Of a DNA stretch of 64,000 nucleotides, positions 1 through 43,641 are shown piece by piece. The notes under the pieces are model-generated. The model did not search any database, was not told the origin of the DNA, and saw nothing but the letters and a program-made list of their open reading frames with translations. Location of the stretch: positions 25,978,001 through 26,042,000 of the forward strand of contig NC_092351.1 in NCBI RefSeq assembly GCF_963676685.1. Direction: 5' to 3'. A program made the translations under genes and the position numbers. The stretch is from Mytilus edulis. Lineage: Eukaryota. Positions within the stretch are counted from its first letter, which is position 1, and each line of letters begins with the position of its first letter.

Positions 1-3000
1 AGTGGGAGGGTTCAACTCTGACAAACATATTTAATTCTGCACCTTCTTTATGTGCCTTTACTTAGTCAGACTCCTGTTATTCATTGGTTGATGTCTGTCA
101 TATTTTTTCAATTATTGTTTTGTAATAAATCTGGTCCATGTTTTTTTCCATTTGAATTGTTTTATCTTTTTATCATGTCTGTGCCTTCTGTATTGAATAT
201 TTCATTATGGGTTTTGTTCATTGTAGAAAGCTGTAGAGTACACTTTACTTGTAGTTGTTTACATATACTTTATTAGGACTTAGATGGACAGTTATCTCAT
301 CATCAATCATACCACATCTTATCATATAGTTCAAAAGATAGCTGTAGCCAGGAAGACATGTCACCCTACCCAGACACATTAGTTTGATATCAAGCTGGAT
401 CACTCTTTTTTTTACTCCTAAATGCTGATAAAAGTAGTAAATAACAGTTTTCATATCTTTGGTTTGACCCAAGAATGGTATCAAACCCAAGACCATCCAC
501 ATACAGGTGAAATGCTACCACAAGACCACCAAGGCAGTTTAAATTTCAGAAGGCAAGCATCATTATGAAACAGACGTCTCCTAGCTTTGGATAGGCAGAT
601 TTGTCGGCAATATAGCCATCTCATTCCACCACAATTTGGGACAGTGATGTAGTAGTGGAACAGAGCTGCAAAATAATTTTAATACTTTTTATGTCCCAAC
701 AATAGTGGAGTGGGCACTGAGTTTTACCCTTGACTGTCTGTAAGTCCCTACGTCCAAAAATTGGTTTCCGGTTTCTAACTTTATTTTTCTTGTATTTGGC
801 AAAAAAATTAAACAGACAAGTAATGTAAAAATATTTTGCTTTATTTATGCAAAATATAAATATGACATTTGATGACAAACTGTTGTCCTGAGTATCTTAT
901 ACAGAGTTATTCCCCTTAGGTTTGTTTCCCTTTCTAATGTTCTAATGTATTAACAAATACTTTTTTACTTAATTTTCAAATATTATTAAAAGTTTCTTAT
1001 AAAATCTTTAAATAAAATACATTCCAGTTTTTAAAAAATTATAATTTATATAAAACTTTAAATCATTTAAAAAGATTTAATTAAGAACTTTTTTTAAGGG
1101 TTAATTAACAAAACTTGCTTTGGACAACTGAATCCATAAACCTCATTACTAATAATATCACATTCTGGCACACAACTAACAACAAAACAACAGTAATGTT
1201 ACTCAACAACTACCATGAGATTTCTGTTGAACTGATTTATCTCCCTTGATTTACCGGTAGTGAACATGTGCACAACATAGAAATTGATGAGGAACTATTA
1301 AAATTCCCGGTCTGTCTCAAAAAGGGATACAAAAAAAGTTGTAAACAATCATTTTCTGTTAAAAAAGCAAACACAATGCTTGTTCAGACTTGTAATGAAA
1401 CTCCAGAACAATTGTTTGTAACTATGGCAACAATATCTAGTCCCAGTTGTTTTATTCAGAGCATCATTGTTTTTTATACTATCAATAAGTATTCAATTAT
1501 TCAAAGAAATATAAAGTATATAAAAACTTTGCCATTTGTTTCATAATAAACCACATGAAAACTAAAAATGAACAGGCCATTTATAAAACTAGAGACTGTT
1601 GAAGCTAAAAAGAACAGGACGCAATGCCATTTATAGAATAAGTGAGCACATGAAAACTAAGATGAACTGAATATTAAGCCATTTACACCACAATCGACCA
1701 AATGAAAGTTTAAACAGATAATGCAAGTATAACATTTAAATCACAACTTTATAAAACTTCAAATTTCCTTGGGAAGTAGTAGGAAACATACAATTAGTTT
1801 ATACAAATTGTTGGAAAATATGTCTTCACATCTAAGTCATTACAAACTTTCTAGGTCTTCCCTCAGCTTTTAATATGGTATAAATGCCTCAAGATATAGT
1901 CAGCGAAATAAAGATACTTCACATAATTTTATTTAACTTTTAACTACTGCAGATTCATTTATTTTCGTGGGTACCAACTTTCATGGATAGAGGAAAACAT
2001 GTGTTTTCATGGATATAAAACTTTGTGGTTTAACCAATCACTGCATACAAAGTGTAGATTTTTTTATTAGTTGGTCATTTGAATTCGTGGTTCACCTGTA
2101 CCCATGAAACCCTAGAAAATTGGTATTCAACAAATAATAATGACCAGACAGATTTTTTCTGAATATATCTCAATAGATATGCCATATTTTGTCAGGTCAA
2201 CCAACTTTTCAAAGACATTTTTTTCTAAATCAGTTCAACTTTTATCATCATGGTATTTATTAAAGTAAATGAATATATGGTATACATAGAATATATAAAA
2301 TGAACAAATAAACAACGAATAAATATGAAGTTTGACAAAAATTAATGTTATGTATAAATGATAAATGTTACTTTATATATTGTACATAGTACATTGCATA
2401 TAATATTCCATCACATTCTGAATGATATAAAAATATTTCTACTTACAATGTTTGCATAATACGCTACAGACAAATATTACCTATTTTTGCCGTAAACTAA
2501 ACATCAAGTATGGTAATAACTATATTTACAAATGTTTGACAGACTTAAGCTATTCCAACAATAAATAATCACAAGTCTCCCCTTCCCTTGTAAAACCACA
2601 AAATATTGATAGCGTGAATAACAAATTTAACACATGGTGTACACAGAAGTCAAACTGGGAAAATATATTGTATCATATTAAAATATCAACATTTTTAATT
2701 GACCAAAAAAATAATAACTATAACCATTTTGTACATAACAATCTAAATTATAATATTTTTCATCAAAAGTATGAATAATCAAACAAAATTTTCTTGAAAA
2801 TCCTGATAAACTTTTCAGTTCCAAGTTCAATTTTTTTATAATCTTTACAATTCTAGTGCCAACTTTATAACATTTTCAATGCTAGTTTTAACAATTAAAC
2901 AATAATGCTAATATAAGCATCTAGCTTCATAACAAAACTAGCATAAATATTTACAGAGAGTTATATATAATTAGGATAACCAGAACATCTAGCTTCATAA

Positions 3001-5024
3001 AAAAGCTTGCTCAATATTTACAATTAGGAAAACCAGAACAAAGCTTTAAGCTTCATAAAAAGCTTGCTCAATATTTACAAATTGGCCTTGATTTAAAGGC
3101 AATGGTTGCAAAAGCTTCATGACAAAGCTGCTTACAATACACAGCATTTTTACCAAAGTAACTTTTTTTCACATATGTTTATAGCAAGTAATTCTTTACA
3201 CATATTTTTAAGTAAGAAAATTCATTGAGGCATTCAACACAGTGGCAAAAGTTGTGTTTTTCTAAATCAACTATACATTGGTCATATACATGCTACTTTC
3301 AGAAGCAGCTGAACAAAACCTACACATTCATTACATTATATCAATTTAATGATGATGTAAATATTTAATCAAAAATTGTTTTTAAAATATAGAATATTGA
3401 AACTATAAAATCTCATTTTTTACAAATTTTGCCAGTGTACCGATGACATCATTATTTTAGCACCCCATATATTCATGATTAAGGAAAAAATAATAATCAT
3501 GGAAAGAGTAAAAAAATTTGACTGACCAGCAGAACAAAATATCACATATAAAATATCTAAAAAACTTTTTTGATTAAACTAACACAAATCATATGTACAA
3601 ATATAAAGGGAGTGTATAAAAAGAAAGCGATCTTTAAAAGACCAAATTTCAAAAGGCATCTGATTTACATCAGAAAGAAAATGAATGATTCTATATACAA
3701 AACCCCTTTTATATAACCAATTTTGTTACCTTAAGATAAAGTAAAACAGAGAAAAATGATACCAGTTATTTATGCGTAGCCTTGTCAAGATATAGATATT
3801 TTAATTCATATATGAAAGGGACTTATCAGGGTTCTTAAGTGTGACTGAAAAAATTCGATGTTTTAGTAAGATGAATTCATTGTGAGAAATCTTCCATTCA
3901 TATCCCCTCAAGGACTTATGAAAGTCTGACATCTATTGATTGATTTTAATACAAGCTTGAAAAGGCAAACTGACTCCTACAACAAGCTTTCACACCTGCT
4001 AACTTTTCTGTAATAAACTAAAATGATACTAGCAGAAGCTCAGTTCTCATACTAGTCTACTGTACAGTTAAACATTTTTTTTCTTCAAAATTTGGCACAA
4101 ATATGTCATTAAACTGACATTAAAAAAATGTAAATACTGGTACATAATATCAATGTTTTTACTACAAAACTAAGATCTTGCACAGGATAATTTTGGAAAA
4201 AATCTTACAACTTAGATTAATAATATGGCTTCAACAATTTAGTATACCTACCATAATTTTTGTTGTAAGATTTTTTTGTGAGCCAGATATACCCTGTACA
4301 AGTAAAGCGTAACTGTTTTAAGGATCAATTTATTGATGAAATATATGTCCCTAATCTAGGATTATAATATACATTGTTTATTTTATATGGAGTCAGACTT
4401 TATCAAATGTTGATTTAATTCATTACAATGTGAAATGAGCCTGAAGATACCTGATAAATATTTTCTATTAATGCCATAATAATTTACTAATATTAAACTA
4501 CTTGCAAACTATTTTCTGAGGGTATGTCGGTTTGAAAGAGTGTACATATGTTTTATTTTTACTCAACTACATTTGGTAGTTAATTTGTATAAATCACAAA
4601 AATCTAATCAACTTATTAAACTGATTTGAAATAAATATCTTTCAAGAAACTTGATATCACATTCCTCATTATTGCTCGAAAAAATTACATTTCAATATTC
4701 AATATAATGCTTAATCTAGTAACCACAAAAATGTTTTCAACAACCTTATATCTCTCTCTCCCTTTCAAGTTCACAACCAAAACAACCAACTCTCAATTGG
4801 AATAACAACTCGGAATTCTACAAAACGTGGAATGACACACTATCAGCTTCACAAAGAAGCTTGACAAACTATCAGCTCCACAAAGAAGCTTGACAACTGT
4901 TATAATCAATTGTGTAAATAGTCACTGACAACATCCCAAATGCTTTGCTGAATCATCTGTGTGTTTGAGACACTGTGTAAGCATGTGTTAACTCTTCAGT
5001 ATAAAAACATTTTGATGATTCCTT

Positions 5025-36745
<31,721 letters not shown>

Positions 36746-36809
36746 TCATTGACAAAACATAAATAAATCCCTATCATCACAAGTCCTCCATGTTTCTCTC
36801 CCATATCTC

Positions 36810-36890
36810 ATTAGCATATCTGACGTCACAAACAAATAATTTCAATGACAATTCAACCAATGAGGAACAATCTTTTTATGAAAGGAATGT
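36810..36890 (-). promoter_or_regulatory. Putative KIBRA proximal promoter: CRE, CCAAT and TEAD/MCAT motifs
   Basis: TGACGTCA 36821-36828, CCAAT 36857-36861, GGAATGT 36884-36890, all within ~150 bp upstream of the ATG; TSS unknown. Confidence 0.5.
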
Positions 36891-37429
36891 GTTACAATTT
36901 GATAACACAATGTGAATCAATTACATTATTAAAGACGTGAATTAAGTATTTAAAGGTGAATATGATATTTTTTTAAACACAAATTTCCATTTTAAATCAC
37001 AGTGAGTCTACTGACTGCATGTCATATTTAGACATATTTCCTGATAAGTGCTAATTTGTAAAATTCTTCCCATTTTATAAAATTCCTACCATTGAAAAAT
37101 AATAACAACAGTTTTTTATCATCAATTTAATAAGGTACGTAGTTATCACTAAAAGTATACGTGCAAGATTGTATTTCAAATGCAGTGGCCTCAATTAAAT
37201 TTCACCATAGGTATATGTACACTCAAAATTGAAAAGATCAAAGCGAACCACAAAAAATTAGCTTGACTTAAATAAGAGAAAATCATACACTTAGAGCGGC
37301 ACGATTGTTTAATTTAATTACTTATCATCATCATTTATTGATAATTTACATCAATTAATCGTTTATTTATAAAACAGAGCTGCCTAATGCACTTTTTTTT
37401 AAAATACCGAGATATTTTTCAAAGCCTCT

Positions 37430-40400
37430 CAATTCATTAATGCTTGTCATTTCGCTGTTAATAGGGACTCCGGCCTGAAGTATGTCCAAGCTGAGACAAC
37501 TATTATAATCTCAGGTCCTAAGTGAACAGAAATTTGGATGATTTTATGGTGAAAACAAACGAATGTCTAACAAAAGGGGGATACACCCTCTACTCCCCAG
37601 AATTCGAAACTGATCTTGGTAAATTTACCAATAAATAAAGTCCTAAAAGGCTCATAAATATTTGTTCCTTATATTACTGGCAAATGCATTCGACACCGAA
37701 ACAAACCCAGGCCCTCGTTCACCTAGGTGGCCTTGCGGAAGTTGTAGTAAGGCAGTGACATGGAAACATCATGCTGTCTGCTGCGACTCCTGTGAAACTT
37801 GGTACCACATCGATTGCCAAGGAATACCAAACCAAATATACAACATAATGAATAATAGTAATATAAGTTGGCACTGTATACAATGTGGTATGCCAAATTT
37901 TAGCTCAAGCTTCTTTAACTTTACAACCTTAGAAACATCAAATATATATGACAGCTTATATAAATTCACCAAGCAGTCTTAGAGATGTAGGAAGTCCAGG
38001 TGCACCAACAGCTGCATCATCTCCAATTCCACACAAACTTCCCTGTCATGAAAAAGCTTATACAACAACAAAAAAGAGCAAAATGCCATTAAATTCTAAA
38101 CATGAATTTTCAATCAATTAAAAACAAAAAACCGGACCTACTAGAAATTATTGATACTGTCAAACCAGATATCATACTAGGTACCGAAACATGGTTAGAA
38201 CCAAACACCTCTTCTTACGAGCACTTTCCATCAGATTTATATAATGTGTATCGCAATGACAGGGCACCAAGTACCAACAACCAAAGCTATGGGGGTGTAC
38301 TTATAGCAATTACAAAAGAATTCATAAGTTCAGAGGTAAAAGAACTAGAAACTGAATGTGAAGTAGTCTGGGCAGAAATCAATATCGCTTGCTGAAAAAC
38401 ATCTTAATATCATCCTACTACAGACCACCATCTGACACAGGATTGTCTCTAGAGCAACTCCATCAATCTCTAAATCGTATCAATAGTCAATCAAATGCAA
38501 CCATCTTTGTGGGGGTGATTTTAACTTGGGACATATTGATTGGTCAACATCAAGCACAATACCATGCAAACCTGACATACAACTTCACCAAAATCTCTAA
38601 GATATAATGAATGACACAAACCTACATCAAGTTGTCAATACACCAACAAGAAATGACCGTATACTAGATCTCATAATGATTAACAACCCAACATACATCA
38701 ACAAAGTAACCACACTACCACCAATAGGTTCAAGCGACCATGATATTGTTTATGCCGAAGCAGACATCTGGCTTAAGAAAATAAGAGAAACCCCACAAAA
38801 AGTATACAAGTATAACAAAGCCAACTGGGACGAAATTAAACTTGACATATGTATCATCTACAAAACAATCATTGACAACTATGATTCTCTTAACGCCAAT
38901 GAGCTATGGGAACTATTTAAAACCAAACTCATCAGCTCTGTCGAAAAACATATTCCATCAAAGATCCTACGAAACAAACACCGATTACCGTGGATATCTG
39001 ATAAATTTTAAAAGACGTCAAATTAACAAGAAAAACAAACTTTTCAAAAGGCAAAAAAAAACAGGGAATACACTGAGAAATATAAAAAAAGATGAAAGCT
39101 CAGGTACAAAAAGAACAAAGGAAGGCCTACTGGGAATATATTGAAAAACTCATATGTGATCTTCCCATCAATGAACCAGACATTCAAATACAAAATCAGA
39201 GCAAACCTAAAAAAAACTTTTTCAATACATCAAATCAATAAAAACTGAAGGATCGAAAAGCTCTTAAATAAGATCAACCCACATAAAGCCACCGGCCCAG
39301 ATAACATCAGTGGACGCTTACTGAAAGAAATGCAGACAGAAATAGCACCAATTCTATGCTTAATTTTTAACAAATCCTACAACACTGGTATTTCACCTAA
39401 CGACTGGAAACACGCTAGAGTCGCACCAGCATATAAAAAGGGGGATAAGCATAAACCGGTCACTTATAGACCTATCTCATTAACTTGTATTTGCTGCAAG
39501 TTAATGGAACACATAGTAACATCACATATTATGAAACATCTCATATCAAATAACATCTTGTACAACCTTCAACATGGCTTTCGGCGCTCTCGATCTTGTG
39601 AGACACAACTTCTCTCCTTCATCCAAGAACTTCAATCCACAAACAACTCAAATACTCAAACAGACCTTGTAATAATGGACTTTGCGAAGGTCTTTGATAA
39701 AGTACCGCATCGTCACTTACTATACAAATTACAATATTTTGGTATTAATGGAAACACTTTAAACTGGATCTCTGCATTTCTCTCCGATCGAACACAGACA
39801 GTTGTTCTGGGTGGAAGATCATCAAGCACAGTCCCAGTCACCTCTGGGGTTCCACAAGGTACTGTCTTAGGTCCGTCTTATTCTTAGCGTATATCAACGA
39901 CCTTCCAGACATCCTTACACATAGCAAACTAAGATTATTTGCTGATGACAGTATCATATACATGCCAGTTAAATCCCAGAGTGACTGCCTAAAATTGCAA
40001 GCTGACCTTGACGCAGCTGCAAAATGGGAAGAGGACTGGATAATGGCCTTCCACCCAGACAAGTGTAATGTTCTCTCTGTCACAACTAAACGTCAACCTC
40101 TACAACATAATAACACTCTTCACAATCATACTTTAGAAACTGTTACATCTGCTAAATACTTAGGCATCACATTACAATCAAACCTTAAATGGGACAAACA
40201 CATAGATGACAATATATCGAAAGCCAACAAAACTCTCGGCTTCCTTCGAAGAAACCTGAAAACAGCAAATCAAAACATCCAGAGCCAGGCATACCAAGCA
40301 CTTGTCCGTCCCAAACTCGAATACTCTTGCTCAGTTTGGGACCCCCACACTTCAGAATCTATCTCGAAGATAGAGATGATCCAAAGGAGAGCTTCTCGGT

Positions 40401-40774
40401 ATGCCTGCAACAGGTATCATAATACTAGCAGTGTATCAAACATGCTGAACACACTAAACTGGCCCATTTTAACACAACGCAGACTGCGTGCACGCCTGGT
40501 TATGATGTACAAGATCACACATCCTCTTGTTGCTATACTATCTAGCACAATTCTCATCCCATCAGACTCAAGAACCAGAAAACATCATTTTCACACCTTC
40601 AGACACATTTATACATCAAAAGACTCGTACAGATTTTCATTTTTTCCCATATACAATAACTCAATGGAATCTTTTACCAACCGCAGTAGTAAATGCACAG
40701 ACAGTCGACTCTTTCAAAGATCAGCTTACATATGCTGTTCTCTTCACTATCTTTTAAAAATCTTCATTTATTCA
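37430..40774 (+). mobile_element. Decayed CR1/L2-group non-LTR retrotransposon (2A-like motif, PHD finger, APE endonuclease, RT)
   Basis: Frameshifted ORFs: PHD C4HC3; NFQSIKNK/GTETWL/GGV/SDHD endonuclease; YRPISLT/QHGFR/DFAKVFDKV/GVPQGTVLGP/LFADD RT; SFFPYTITQWN C-terminus; 5' boundary approximate. Confidence 0.93.
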
Positions 40775-40994
40775 NNNNNNNNNNNNNNNNNNNNNNNNNN
40801 NNNNNNNNNNNNNNNNNNNNNNNNNNNNNNNNNNNNNNNNNNNNNNNNNNNNNNNNNNNNNNNNNNNNNNNNNNNNNNNNNNNNNNNNNNNNNNNNNNNN
40901 NNNNNNNNNNNNNNNNNNNNNNNNNNNNNNNNNNNNNNNNNNNNNNNNNNNNNNNNNNNNNNNNNNNNNNNNNNNNNNNNNNNNNNNNNNNNNN
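40775..40994. other. Assembly gap (220 N)
   Basis: Run of n. Confidence 1.
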
Positions 40995-41310
40995 TGAAAA
41001 TCACACCAAATGTATTAGGAAAAATTGTAAGTTATATTGGCCAGCAAAGATTGGACAAAAAGAACTGATGACCACCAAAACAAATAAAAGGAGATTAGAT
41101 GGCTAGGGCACACTTTAAGAAAAGACAAGAATAACATCACCAAAAACATCAGAACGTAGACGAACAAGAGAAAGACCAAAACGACAATTGACATTGAAAT
41201 TAAAAGCATAGGAAAGACCTTACTGAGTTCCGAATGGAAAGGATTGCAATGGAGATAACTGGTATATATCATCCTTATATTCCAACCGACACGAAGAGGA
41301 TTAGTTATAG
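40995..41310 (+). mobile_element. 3' fragment of an RTE-clade LINE
   Basis: Degenerate KCIRK..YWP..I...EL / WLGHTLRK, and a tail acgaagaggattagttatag resembling the 46780-46812 tail. Confidence 0.7.
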
Positions 41311-41759
41311 TTATTTAAAAGGAAAAATAAACATAAAATCCAGTAATTCGAACACTTACACATTAAAATTTTTAGATTTTAGATAGCGGCCGAGTGTGTA
41401 AAATATAGGATTAAGATTCTAACTATAAGTAGAGGAAACACACAAAACTACAACCAATATTTCTATTCGGAAAAAAAAGTAGACTTTACCATCTAGAAGA
41501 GGAGGTGGTCAGTGCCAAAGTTCAAGTCGACTAAGCGCATTCATGCACCAACGTTGTAAAATTACCTAATTGGTTTCTTCAACAGTGAGATTTATAACTT
41601 TTAAGAGGGACAGAGGATACCAAGGGGTCGATAGTATATCAGAAGAAACACGAAGAAAAGACCGACAAAATACAACACAGAAAACTGAGGACTGATCAAA
41701 CGAACCATAATAAAAGCCGTGATTGATTTCAGGTGTCGCAGAAAGAAAATCAAACACTA

Positions 41760-42400
41760 GCTGCTCTCCATTGTGGCACCCGTCTTACTCAGTGATGTTT
41801 CAATCGAAGAAAACAGGACGTAATTGTGGTTACGACAATTGGAACATATACGCGGTCATCTGTGATACAGACATTCATTAATAGGCAAACATATCATGAT
41901 GACATCCGTAGATATTTTAATGGGACCACTCCAATTTCACCATAAGATCCCTTTCCCTTTGGTCAACTGCTTCTTTGTAAGCAACAGCCTTTTGTGGCTA
42001 CGACAATTGGAACACAGCTGTGGTCATCTGCATGTGATACAGAAATTATTTAATAGGCAAACATATTATGATGACATCCGTAGATATTTTGAAGGGATGA
42101 CACCAACTTTACCATAAGAAACCCTTGTGTCAAGTTCTTCTTTGCATGCAGCAGCCCTTTATCAAGAAAATCATAAAAAGAAACACAACATAAGGAATAT
42201 CTTATGAATTTGCTGCATGATATATGCTTAACATGCAGGCGATGCTGGAATGTTGCCACTATAAATAGAAATGAAAAGTTCACCACTTTAATCATCTCTT
42301 TTGTCGTAAAGTTTAGTTCTCAACCCTCAATGTCAATTTCTTAGACAAAATATATGAAGGACACTTACCGGTATCTGTGGTATCATTTGTTTCAAGTTTG
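41760..42400 (-). mobile_element. Penelope-like element RT C-terminal fragment with a local ~168-bp tandem duplication
   Basis: LETNDTTDTGKCPSY, FIRYSLCCVSFYDFLDKGLL...QGFLMVKLVSSLQNIYGCHH; unit ttgtggytacgacaattggaaca at ~41824 and ~41992. Confidence 0.8.
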
Positions 42401-42464
42401 ATGGATGCATTCGTTAACATTGCATTATCTAGTGATGGGACAGCATTATTCCCCGAGGATGTCA

Positions 42465-42775
42465 ACATCCCAGTAGTCAGCACTTCTGTGTTGACATGAA
42501 TTATCATTGATATGGCCATAGTTATCAGTTATACTGTTTACAAAAAATTTAAGTTAATTTTTTAAATACTAAGGCTTTTTTACATCAGGAAAAGATTACC
42601 TTAGCTGCATGTATTTGGCCATAATATTTAGGAATTTGGTCCTCAATGCTCTTCAAATTCGTACTTTATTTAGCCTTTTTTACTATTTTTTTTACTGGTG
42701 AGTCTTTTGTAGACGAAACGCGCGTCTGGCACAAGTTCAAAATTTCAAACCTGGTATATAATATGATGAATTTAT
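42465..42775 (+). repeat. Hammerhead-bearing interspersed repeat (mutated core CUGGUGA)
   Basis: Highly similar to 50165-50405; ctggtgagtcttttgtagacgaaacgcgcgtctggc at 42695-42730. Confidence 0.75.
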
Positions 42776-43523
42776 TCACAATCTACTGAATACATATAAT
42801 ATTATATGTAACTGGTAAAATGGCTTCTAATTTAAAATCTTACCCGATTGCACAAAATAACGAATTGATGTCTTGATGATAAATAAGACAGTTTTGAGCA
42901 GACATATACCAAATGCAGTAGCCACAATTATTTTCAATGCTAATATAATTAATGAATGCAATCTCAAAATAAAAGATAACAGTGAACCATATATACATCT
43001 GCCTTTAAAAAAAGAGAAAACTATCTAACGACTTTTACGTTTAGTTACTTCTTCATTTGTTAAAAATTTACATTCATTCACCGTTTGATTATATTAAAAC
43101 AGGACGATCTCGTGGATTTTAGTAAAACGAAATCATTGCGATATTTTGTTAAAAGTCTATATTCAATGCCTTTGTATAGCGAAATAATAGACCAACAGAC
43201 TAGTAGTCCTATACCTTCAGATCAATTTGACCCAATAAACGTGAATTAGCTCAAATTTCATTGGTATGTTTTTAATGATATTTTTACATTTAGAAAGAGC
43301 CTGACATCTAAATTTCAGACGGTATATTTGGAGCCAATTTAAGCCACACAAAATGTTATTTATAATAGAGGATAACCTGCATGCAATGAAAGTTGTCATT
43401 GATGTACGTCAAGATGTGACATATGAAAATAACACATATTCACTCAAATATTCGTTGGGGGTGTACGGGGTCAACAAGATATATAGGACAGGCTAACTCA
43501 ATTGTAGGTGAAAAGAAAGTCGA

Positions 43524-43641
43524 GTGTGTAAATCTTTCCTGGCAGTACAAAGCCTCTACACTTTCCAAGACTTCTACTGTGCCTCCTCGCGACAGCACAC
43601 GGTTAACTAGGTTATATTATCCTAGGCATCATCTGTAGAGG
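43524..43641 (+). ncRNA. Candidate HDV-like self-cleaving ribozyme at the RTE 5' end
   Basis: P1 GUGUGU(A)/(A)GCACAC, P2 CUUCUAC/GUAGAGG, P3 GCC/GAC around loop UCCUCGC, GG after P1, P4 CUAGG/CCUAG, then C43627, in HDV order. Confidence 0.6.

Noticed and set aside
950-5024. Extent of the KIBRA 3' UTR and its poly(A) site, with small tandem repeats at ~2920-3125 and 4839-4896
   Set aside because: Many candidate AATAAA hexamers in very AT-rich DNA; the end cannot be fixed from sequence alone.
40693-41106. ORFs running across the N stretch
   Set aside because: Artefacts of the assembly gap; the flanks belong to different LINE clades.
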